Origin: a virus | Taxonomy: Duplodnaviria; Heunggongvirae; Uroviricota; Caudoviricetes | DNA length: 26,051 nt | Strand: one strand, 5' to 3' | IMG/VR virus record: IMGVR_UViG_3300015186_000011 | Location: 1-26,051 of that record | In this document: piece by piece, positions 1 through 5,684 of the stretch | Numbering within the stretch: position 1 is the stretch's first letter | How the letters are laid out: each line of letters opens with the position of its first letter | Position numbers and translations under genes: made by a program | Notes under the pieces: generated by a model | What the model was told of the DNA's origin: nothing | Database searches by the model: none | Seen by the model: only the letters and a program-made list of their open reading frames with translations

Positions 1-1148
1 GAAGATGGATTAGAAACCACACCACCACTAACATCCATATTAGAAACACAATCTACAGTATATTTTTTATTTCCTACACCGTACATCAGGAATGTGGTCC
101 CTGTGGTAATATCAGGAGCAAATGTTGCAGTATATCCAGAGCCCCATTTGCCCACACCAAGACCAATTATCCCACCACCAGAAACAGGTGTTAACGTATC
201 CGTTATTACATACGCATTATCAGTACCATAAATAACCTTTCCTGTGTTAATGGCAGCTTGCCACGCGGCCCAGTCTATTGACTGAGATAATGAGTCAACA
301 AAAGGATATAAGGATTTTGCTTCAGAAATTGAAGAAAACCTCTCAGATAATGGATGATATTTCCCATCCCCAATTGCTCCGAATTGTTTTACATTTAAGA
401 AAAGAGCATTGTTTTCATGCTGAGTTATAGTTACAGCCCCGGCAAATGGCTGCCTTACACCAATTAATGCATCACCTTTTCCTTCTCCTGCGCTAGATAA
501 TTGCAGAAGAACATCTGCGGCACTGCCAGAAGGCACAGGTACACCTATAGGTTTACCATTGACGATACCAATGACAGTTTCTTCCAGTAAATGAACTGGA
601 GGAAGTGGTTCAATAAAATTATCTGGAACCCGTAATGTCCTGTTAATATTCACATTAACAATATTATCAACATAATTCTTTGTAGCTGCATCTTGAGGCT
701 TGGAAGGATCGCGCAAATTGCGGATGTAATTATTCAAAGCATCGTAATAGTTTGCCACAAATGATGGCTTGCGCAGCGCCAGGCTAAACCAACTGCGGAC
801 TTGCTGTATCAGCATCGTCAGCTTATCTAACGCGTCTTCATGCACCTCAGCGAAAAACTTTCCCTGATTTCGCAGATCAGTTTCCTGCGTAACCGGTAGC
901 TCTCGTGATATAGAAATCTGATAACCGTTAGCTAACGCCTTCGACAGAATTACATTACCGCCATTATATCCACCAGCCCCAGTGACAGTGTAATCAGTAT
1001 CAAGAGCCAGCACAGCGATATTTTCGTCAAGGTCAACCACCTGTACTGCCAGATCAGATTCCTTGAAAACCCTAAAGGTATACGGGAATGATGTCGTAAC
1101 GCCGTTACCGGTGTATTCGTTGTGGTCAACTTCGGTTGAGACCGTCAT
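1..1148 (-). CDS. Tailspike / tail fibre protein, partial (C-terminus runs past the window start); conserved N-terminal anchor domain plus beta-helix depolymerase-like region
   Basis: Minus-strand ATG at 1146-1148 preceded by a GGAGA Shine-Dalgarno. N-terminus MTVSTEVDHNEYTGNGVTTSFPYTFRVF carries the Y-x-G-x-G-V-T-T-x-F-P motif I recognise from phage tail fibre/tailspike N-terminal domains. Further in, NVKQFGAIGDGKYHP resembles the pectate-lyase-fold signature of polysaccharide depolymerases. The distal part (bases 1-700) is AT-rich. The reading frame is open to base 1. Confidence 0.7.
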   Translation of the reverse strand, partial: MTVSTEVDHNEYTGNGVTTSFPYTFRVFKESDLAVQVVDLDENIAVLALDTDYTVTGAGGYNGGNVILSKALANGYQISISRELPVTQETDLRNQGKFFAEVHEDALDKLTMLIQQVRSWFSLALRKPSFVANYYDALNNYIRNLRDPSKPQDAATKNYVDNIVNVNINRTLRVPDNFIEPLPPVHLLEETVIGIVNGKPIGVPVPSGSAADVLLQLSSAGEGKGDALIGVRQPFAGAVTITQHENNALFLNVKQFGAIGDGKYHPLSERFSSISEAKSLYPFVDSLSQSIDWAAWQAAINTGKVIYGTDNAYVITDTLTPVSGGGIIGLGVGKWGSGYTATFAPDITTGTTFLMYGVGNKKYTVDCVSNMDVSGGVVSNPS

Positions 1149-1200
1149 GTTAAATCTCCAGATAGTCGCAGCACCCGTTGCGCCGCATATCCGGTTATTC

Positions 1201-1268
1201 TATTACCTGAAAAACCACATATGGATAGACAACCCATAAATACGAACAGATATTACCTTTCAGGTGAT
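1201..1268 (-). promoter_or_regulatory. Conserved bipartite upstream element (copy A) ahead of the tailspike gene: TATTACC-N6-AACCACATATG, then TATTACCTTTCAGGT 50 bp away
   Basis: Plus-strand tattacc at 1201-1207 and 1251-1257, accacatatg at 1214-1223. The same arrangement recurs at 21198-21277 upstream of the portal operon. ACCTTTCAGGT is an ACCT-N3-AGGT inverted repeat. Confidence 0.5.
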
Positions 1269-1304
1269 TCGCAAAACGTGCTGGATAGCAAACAAATTAT
1301 TTGA

Positions 1305-1324
1305 TACTGTATAAACATACAGTT
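1305..1324. promoter_or_regulatory. LexA (SOS) box TACTGTATAAACATACAGTT
   Basis: Perfect CTGT-N8-ACAG with an AT-rich spacer (CTGT 1307-1310, ACAG 1319-1322), matching the E. coli LexA consensus TACTGTATATATATACAGTA. It lies about 20 bp upstream of the RBS of the 1344 gene and overlaps a TATAAA -10-like hexamer at 1310-1315. Confidence 0.65.
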
Positions 1325-1343
1325 ATTGCATGGAGAAGATAAG

Positions 1344-1601
1344 ATGCAGCAGTATCACTATCCACTGGAAGACGGATTTACCGAAAGGATTCACACGCCG
1401 GGAGGCGTCAGATCACTAGTGGAGGGATCGCACTTGATGAAATTACTCCGGGATCTCGATAAGGATGGATTTAATGTCGATGGCCCACTTGCCGAACTGA
1501 CTGCACTGATTAACTACGTCACCAGCTCACAGATGTCTATGCAGGATCTGCAAACACATCTCGACTATTGTGCCGAACAATTACGAAAGCAAACCAGATA
1601 A
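1344..1601 (+). CDS. Small (85 aa) standalone protein homologous to the C-terminal domain of the two antirepressors in this window; candidate SOS-inducible antirepressor
   Basis: ATG at 1344 with GGAG 8 nt upstream (the ORF track begins at a TTG at 1326). The product ...YPLEDGFTERIHTPGGVRSLVEGSHLMKLLRDLDKDGFNVDGPLAELTALINYV...DLQTHLDYC... aligns with the C-termini of the 1915..2607 and 3858..4802 products (YxPLKPGYRSLIHSPSGVLGLTENSLLMNLLN.LQEDGHDVSGAAAELTTMF...DIQTHAEY). Confidence 0.6.
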   Translation: MQQYHYPLEDGFTERIHTPGGVRSLVEGSHLMKLLRDLDKDGFNVDGPLAELTALINYVTSSQMSMQDLQTHLDYCAEQLRKQTR

Positions 1602-1741
1602 GGTTTGCAATTACCAAGCGGAGTGCTTATATTTACCTTTGCGGTAAATTTACATCGCACTCCTCTTGTGCCATAGTAATCGAGCACTGGCAAAATCCAG
1701 TGCCGGGATTGGTCTCCCGGATTACTACAGAGGCACATATG

Positions 1742-1760
1742 CCGCATAAGCGGTTTTTTT
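1742..1760 (+). terminator. Weak putative intrinsic terminator (short CCGC/GCGG stem followed by T7 run)
   Basis: ccgcataagcggttttttt. The stem is only 4 bp, so this is low confidence. Confidence 0.3.
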
Positions 1761-1914
1761 ATGTGTAAAGCGCACCTATTCTATGGTGGGCTGTGTGGGG
1801 GCACCGAAAGGTGCGCCGGGTTCCTTTGTAGCCGGTAAGACCAACTCTGCACAGTTCACCACCATCTGATTGGTCTCAGCGGTGGTGATTAACCTAACTA
1901 CAAAGGTGATCGCC

Positions 1915-2607
1915 ATGAATACCAAACCTTCCATCTTTTCCTTTGAGTCATCCTGCCAGATCCGTATGTTCATGATTGACGGAGAACCTTGGTTTGTCAC
2001 CAAAGATGTGTGCAATGCTTTGAATATTGATGTTACACAAGCGAGAAAACTTGATAAAAAAGGCTGGAACAAAAAGGGGCTGTATTCAATACAGACCCCT
2101 GGTGGAATACAAGAACTATCCATCGTTTCAGAATCAGGTCTCTACATCCTTATTCTGCGTTGCAAAGAGGCAATGACTGAGGGAACGAGAGCATTCAGAT
2201 TTCTTGAATGGGTTACAGGTGAGGTTCTTCCTCAGATCCGCCGCACCGGAAGTTACATTAAAAACTCGCTCCCGCAGGAAGAACGCATAAAGATGGTTGC
2301 CGACCAGGTAGCCAACGCCACGGCGTCAGCAGTGATGCAGGCGATGAAGATAGAGAACAAAACCTACAGTGCCCCACTGAAGCCCGGCTACCGCAGCCTG
2401 ATTCATTCGCCGTCTGGTGTTCTCGGCCTGACGGAGAACTCACTGCTGATGAATTTGCTGAACAAGTTACAGGAAGACGGGCACGATGTATCGGGCGCGG
2501 CAGCGGAGCTGACCACCATGTTCTGCTACATCGTCGGTGTGAGCAAATGCCTGCGTGATATCCAGACGCACGCGGAGTACATCAATGACAAGGCAGGGTT
2601 CTTCTGA
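1915..2607 (+). CDS. Phage antirepressor with BRO-N N-terminal domain and the shared antirepressor C-terminal domain
   Basis: ATG at 1915 preceded by AAGGTGA. N-terminus MNTKPSIFSFES..QIRMFMIDGEPWFVTKDVCNAL is a typical BRO-N signature. The C-terminal ~80 aa are near-identical to the C-terminus of the 3858..4802 product. Confidence 0.75.
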   Translation: MNTKPSIFSFESSCQIRMFMIDGEPWFVTKDVCNALNIDVTQARKLDKKGWNKKGLYSIQTPGGIQELSIVSESGLYILILRCKEAMTEGTRAFRFLEWVTGEVLPQIRRTGSYIKNSLPQEERIKMVADQVANATASAVMQAMKIENKTYSAPLKPGYRSLIHSPSGVLGLTENSLLMNLLNKLQEDGHDVSGAAAELTTMFCYIVGVSKCLRDIQTHAEYINDKAGFF

Positions 2608-2631
2608 CGGGCGGCGGCACATGGATGTGCC
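2373..2631. repeat. Left arm of a ~260-bp inverted repeat (partner 3834..4092), ~95% identical at DNA level
   Basis: Reverse complement of 3834-4092 matches 2373-2631 with only a few mismatches. The match spans the antirepressor C-terminal domain coding sequence and ~24 bp beyond the stop codons (cgggcggcggcaca[t/g]ggatgtgc). Confidence 0.7.
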
Positions 2632-2728
2632 TACAATTATCAATAATTGTTTACACTCGTTGCAGTTAAAAGCATTATACTCATGTTTAAAATTACCCGA
2701 TTGGTAAAGTCGATTGGTTGAGGTTCAT

Positions 2729-3055
2729 ATGAGCAGAAGATATGTCAAGGAGCTGGCTATAGAGTCTGGCACCCCTTTGGGTATCGTTCCTGGCTCCAAC
2801 TATGCCAAGGCTTTAAACCGAGACTCTGTCGTCAAAGTTATATCAAGAGACATGAATATGGTCGGAGACGATCTCAGACGGTCAGAAAATCGTGTTTATG
2901 CTGAATATATAGTAAAGAACGGAAAAAAAATTGCAGCGCCTGCTGGCGGAAAATGGGCAATAGTGACAGGGAAAAACTCAAATGCAAGAGGAAAACCAGA
3001 AGCTAAAGGAATGTCCTTCGACAAATATGCAAAAATCTATTGGGCAACCAAGTGA
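2729..3055 (+). CDS. Hypothetical protein (108 aa), first gene of a plus-strand cassette
   Basis: ATG at 2729 with GAGGT 5 nt upstream. Product MSRRYVKELAIESGTPLGIVPGSNYAKALNRD... has no family I can place. A CAATTATCAATAATTG inverted repeat lies upstream at 2634-2649. Confidence 0.45.
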   Translation: MSRRYVKELAIESGTPLGIVPGSNYAKALNRDSVVKVISRDMNMVGDDLRRSENRVYAEYIVKNGKKIAAPAGGKWAIVTGKNSNARGKPEAKGMSFDKYAKIYWATK

Positions 3056-3530
3056 TAACGAAGAAACTGAGTTCGAGGAAGTTGAGGAAGGGCTAAGTAA
3101 CGAGATCATTCAACACCCAGATGCCTTCACAAGAGTTCTTGATCGCCCTGAAATTCAGGAGATAGTTGTCGCTCACCATGCGTTTCAGGGTCCGCTTCCT
3201 CCCCCCTATCTGCTTCGCGGGTATCAGGATATTTTACCTGATGCCCCCGAACGCATCTTCCAGCTGACGGAGAAGGAGTTTGCTCACCGCCAGAAAATGG
3301 AGGAAAAGGCACTTGACGGGGCTATTAATAGAGATAAACGTGGGCAGTGGTTTGGCCTGAGTGCAACTATTTTTACAGTAGCTTGTGCAACATTATTAGG
3401 TTTAACAGGTCATGAAGTTCTAGCTGGCACAGTGATCGGTACAGTTGTTGCAGTGGCTGGTATTTTTGTTCTCAGACAAAAACCGAGCTTAAAGAAGAAC
3501 GCTGAAGATAAAACACCAGAAGAAGAGTAA
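2982..3530 (+). CDS. DUF2335-like predicted membrane protein (acidic N-terminal region, two C-terminal TM helices)
   Basis: Motif GPLPPPYLLRGYQDILPDAPERIFQLTEKEFAHRQKMEEKALDGAINRDKRGQWFG followed by hydrophobic segments matches my recollection of DUF2335. Start is ambiguous (ATG at 2982 or 3027); both overlap the upstream ORF in another frame. Confidence 0.55.
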   Translation: MQEENQKLKECPSTNMQKSIGQPSDNEETEFEEVEEGLSNEIIQHPDAFTRVLDRPEIQEIVVAHHAFQGPLPPPYLLRGYQDILPDAPERIFQLTEKEFAHRQKMEEKALDGAINRDKRGQWFGLSATIFTVACATLLGLTGHEVLAGTVIGTVVAVAGIFVLRQKPSLKKNAEDKTPEEE

Positions 3531-3553
3531 GCCCGCGACGCGGGCTTTTTTGT
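3531..3553 (+). terminator. Rho-independent terminator
   Basis: GCCCG-cgacg-CGGGC stem-loop followed by TTTTTTGT, immediately after the stop of the DUF2335-like gene. Confidence 0.7.
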
Positions 3554-3623
3554 GGGCGAAACAAAAGTCAGTGCTACACTCATTGACGCCACATTGAGGT
3601 GGTTTATAGATGGAAATTTCACA

Positions 3624-3785
3624 ATGAAAAAAGCATTTGCTGCACTGTTCGTTTTGTTGTCTCTGGTAGCTTCAACTCAGGCCTTTGCCGGTCGTTGTCA
3701 GCACGACAGCGACACTGCTGCTGACGGCTCCCGCTGCGGTGGGCGTTCTGCGGATTCCCGCCCGGGCGGCGGTGGCATTCGTTAA
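3624..3785 (+). CDS. Small putative secreted peptide (53 aa) with N-terminal signal peptide
   Basis: MKKAFAALFVLLSLVASTQAFA has signal-peptide character with an AxA cleavage motif. The mature part is Gly/Arg/Asp-rich with 2 Cys. RBS is weak and the gene is short, so confidence is low. Confidence 0.4.
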   Translation: MKKAFAALFVLLSLVASTQAFAGRCQHDSDTAADGSRCGGRSADSRPGGGGIR

Positions 3786-3807
3786 AAACAAGGCCGCGAA
3801 AGCGGCC

Positions 3808-3821
3808 TGTGACATGTCACG
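3808..3821. promoter_or_regulatory. Copy 1 of the 14-bp palindromic motif CGTGACATGTCACA (read on the minus strand), between convergent genes
   Basis: Perfect 12-bp palindrome GTGACATGTCAC at 3809-3820, just after a GGCCGC-GAAA-GCGGCC hairpin (3792-3807). The identical 14-mer recurs at 22254-22267 and 24519-24532. Confidence 0.6.
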
Positions 3822-3833
3822 ATAGTTTCGTTT

Positions 3834-4092
3834 TGCACATCCCTGTGCCGCCGCCCGTCAGAAGAACCCTGCCTTGTCGTTGATGTACTCCGCGTGCGTC
3901 TGGATATCACGCAGGCATTTGCTCACACCAACGATGTAACAGAACATGGTGGTCAGCTCCGCCGCCGCGCCCGATACATCGTGCCCGTCTTCCTGTAACT
4001 GGTTCAGCAGATTCATCAGCAGTGAGTTCTCCGTCAGACCGAGAACACCAGACGGAGAATGAATCAGACTGCGGTAGCCGGGCTTCAATGGA
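3834..4092. repeat. Right arm of the ~260-bp inverted repeat (partner 2373..2631)
   Basis: See left arm; covers the 3' end of the minus-strand antirepressor gene plus ~24 bp downstream. Confidence 0.7.
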
Positions 4093-4802
4093 TAACCATA
4101 ACATTTTGTCTGTGTTTTAATTGCCTCACGAAGCGCATCTAACATCTTGACTGCCACTTCATCATTCTCTGATGCAGATCCAGCAGGGAGATACTCCCCT
4201 TCAAGCGGAACCCGAGCAACAAGAGACAACGCTTCGGCAAATTGATCTTCACCAATTTCTTTGTACGAACAGCCAAAATGAGATTTCAGTGACGACCACA
4301 TGGTGATCATCGCCTTAGCCTGTTTTTCTTTTGGCAGAGACTGACCGCGACTCATGACGAGTTGTTTAATGGCTTCCTGCTGTTCAGTTGTTATTTTACC
4401 CGGCAACGCCTTTTTAGCTTTGCGTGGGTTAACCACATGGCCTTTAGTCCAGTACTCGTAGAGCACATCGTCACACTCTTCCTGATACTGGATTACCTTG
4501 TCGCGGATTTCAGGGCGGACTTTGTTAGGGCTGATGGTTTGCAGCCAACCTGCAAGTTTGCGTAAAGCAAGACAGATAACCAGACGACGCTGAGTATCAC
4601 CGGGGAGCTGAATGGTCATTTCGACCATGCAGCTCTTAAAGCGTTGTTGCAACTTGCGGAACTGCGTTTTCCAGTCCAGCCCCATACCTTCAACGACTGG
4701 TTTCATTGGGGTGTATGGTTCGCCGTTATGATTGACAACATAAAGCTCTGCGCCGTGGAATGGCACGTTGATAGTAGATACCGCTGTTGCTATACTCGTC
4801 AT
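3858..4802 (-). CDS. ant: P22 Ant-like antirepressor (AntA / P22_AR_N-type N-terminal domain plus shared C-terminal domain)
   Basis: 314-aa ORF with AGGAA RBS. N-terminus ...GAELYVVNHNGEPYTPMKPVVEGMGLDWKTQFRKL is antirepressor N-domain-like. It sits immediately downstream of an Arc-like gene, as in P22 immI. Confidence 0.75.
   Translation of the reverse strand: MTSIATAVSTINVPFHGAELYVVNHNGEPYTPMKPVVEGMGLDWKTQFRKLQQRFKSCMVEMTIQLPGDTQRRLVICLALRKLAGWLQTISPNKVRPEIRDKVIQYQEECDDVLYEYWTKGHVVNPRKAKKALPGKITTEQQEAIKQLVMSRGQSLPKEKQAKAMITMWSSLKSHFGCSYKEIGEDQFAEALSLVARVPLEGEYLPAGSASENDEVAVKMLDALREAIKTQTKCYGYPLKPGYRSLIHSPSGVLGLTENSLLMNLLNQLQEDGHDVSGAAAELTTMFCYIVGVSKCLRDIQTHAEYINDKAGFF
4768..4796 (+). promoter_or_regulatory. 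Sigma70-like promoter (TTGATA-17 bp-TATACT) firing antisense across the ant translation start
   Basis: -35 TTGATA 4768-4773, 17-bp spacer, -10 TATACT 4791-4796. Predicted start near 4803, directly opposite the ant start codon (4800-4802) and RBS. Confidence 0.5.
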
Positions 4803-4877
4803 GTCGTTAATTCCTATACGTAGTTTTACGATACTGAAGCCCTGACGGTCTGGCCACCGTGGGGCTTCGCTGTTTTA
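4803..4877 (+). ncRNA. sar: Candidate sar-like antisense small RNA (~75 nt) complementary to the ant ribosome-binding region
   Basis: A promoter at 4768-4796 and an intrinsic terminator on the same strand (nested hairpin GAAGCCC..ACGGT-ctggcc-ACCGT..GGGCTTC at 4836-4868, then GCTGTTTTAT) bracket a ~75-nt transcript in the arc-ant intercistronic region. This mirrors the sar antisense RNA of P22 immI. Confidence 0.45.
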
Positions 4878-5042
4878 TGCCACGCTATTCTTCTCACCAG
4901 TGAGTCCATACACTTTCCTCAGCTGATAGATAATCTCTGTATTGAACTTTCGGCATTCTTTTTCGCCATTTCTTTCAATAGCTAACTTCACATCGTCCGG
5001 AAAACGAACTCGTCGTTGACACATCTCTTTTGCTTTTTGCAT
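4875..5042 (-). CDS. arc: Arc-like ribbon-helix-helix repressor (55 aa)
   Basis: ATG at 5040-5042 with a strong TAAGGAGA Shine-Dalgarno (the track ORF starts at an upstream GTG). Product MQKAKEMCQRRVRFPDDVKLAIERNGEKECRKFNTEIIYQLRKVYG resembles P22 Arc (..FNLRWPREVLDLVRKVAEENGRSVNSEIYQRV..). It lies upstream of ant and divergent from an Mnt-like gene. Confidence 0.65.
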   Translation of the reverse strand: MQKAKEMCQRRVRFPDDVKLAIERNGEKECRKFNTEIIYQLRKVYGLTGEKNSVA

Positions 5043-5056
5043 TTCATATCTCCTTA

Positions 5057-5071
5057 GCCCCACCGTGGGGC
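5057..5071. promoter_or_regulatory. Palindromic operator candidate GCCCCACCGTGGGGC (Mnt-operator-like core CCACCGTGG) at the predicted +1 of the arc-ant promoter
   Basis: Near-perfect palindrome between the predicted Pant -10 and the arc RBS. The core matches, as I recall it, the P22 mnt operator core CCACGGTGG (reverse complement). The 12-mer CCACCGTGGGGC recurs at 4854-4865. Confidence 0.5.
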
Positions 5072-5077
5072 AAAATA

Positions 5078-5125
5078 ATTGTCACACCGTGCGTCATTGA
5101 TGTCAAGCACACGGTGAGGCATACT
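5078..5125. promoter_or_regulatory. Divergent overlapping promoters: Pant-like (minus strand) and Pmnt-like (plus strand)
   Basis: Minus strand: -35 TTGACA (plus coordinates 5101-5106), 17 bp, extended -10 TGtGACAAT (5078-5083). Plus strand: -35 TTGATG 5097-5102, 17 bp, -10 CATACT 5120-5125. Inverted CACCGTG / CACGGTG half-sites at 5085-5091 and 5110-5116. Confidence 0.5.
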
Positions 5126-5162
5126 TCAATCATTGCAAGTAACTCAATATTTGGTGAAGAAC

Positions 5163-5594
5163 ATGAGCAGAGAAGATCCACAACTAAGGATCAGACTTCC
5201 CGTTGAAGTAAAAGAAAAAATAGAAATTTCTGCAAAAGCCAATAAGCGATCAATGAACGCTGAAATAGTACAACGTCTTGACACCAGCTTTCTGAAAGAT
5301 ATTCATGAAGATGACGTAATTTCTGCTTATGAAGCAAAAATTATTGCAAACAATGCACGACATGAAATATCAAATATTATTTTCAAAAGAACCTTTAATG
5401 AAATTAATAAGAAAATAACACTTGGACATACAAGTTTTTATATAAACCTTAATGACCTTGAACTGGAATCACTTGCAGATAATGATTACCAGATCATCTT
5501 TGAAAAAACATTTAATAAGCTCAATGAACTAGGTTACATCATCTGTGAAAACTCATGGGATGCAGATGGTTTTGGAATTGAAATACCTGAATAG
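5163..5594 (+). CDS. mnt: Mnt-like ribbon-helix-helix repressor with an AT-rich C-terminal extension (143 aa)
   Basis: ATG at 5163 (track ORF starts at a TTG at 5133). N-terminus MSREDPQLRIRLPVEVKEKIEISAKANKRSMNAEIVQRL closely resembles P22 Mnt (MARDDPHFNFRMPMEVREKLKFRAEANGRSMNSELLQIV). The C-terminal ~95 aa have no match I recognise and the DNA turns markedly AT-rich. Confidence 0.7.
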   Translation: MSREDPQLRIRLPVEVKEKIEISAKANKRSMNAEIVQRLDTSFLKDIHEDDVISAYEAKIIANNARHEISNIIFKRTFNEINKKITLGHTSFYINLNDLELESLADNDYQIIFEKTFNKLNELGYIICENSWDADGFGIEIPE

Positions 5595-5607
5595 GAAGAA
5601 CAAAAGG

Positions 5608-5630
5608 CGTGTACATATTACACGTCTTTA
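5608..5630 (+). terminator. Hairpin CGTGTA-catat-TACACG followed by a T-rich tract; putative terminator or operator
   Basis: 6-bp inverted repeat with TCTTTAAT downstream, between the Mnt-like gene and the membrane-protein gene. Confidence 0.3.
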
Positions 5631-5684
5631 ATACAATTGAAAAACGCCACATTACTGATGTATGTTACAACAAGGAGCGATATT

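Noticed and set aside
1568-1768. 66-aa plus-strand ORF in the 1602-1914 intergenic region
   Set aside because: No RBS and it runs through several hairpins and a terminator-like element; probably non-coding.
3808-3821. CRP or FNR site interpretation of GTGACATGTCAC
   Set aside because: The GTGA/TCAC half-sites are separated by only 4 bp rather than the 6 bp of the CRP consensus, and the flanks do not match; no known host operator fits.
2373-4092. Invertible segment driven by a serine invertase (Hin/Gin-type)
   Set aside because: No recombinase gene is present in the window and the repeats are gene-length rather than short crossover sites; any inversion would be by homologous recombination.
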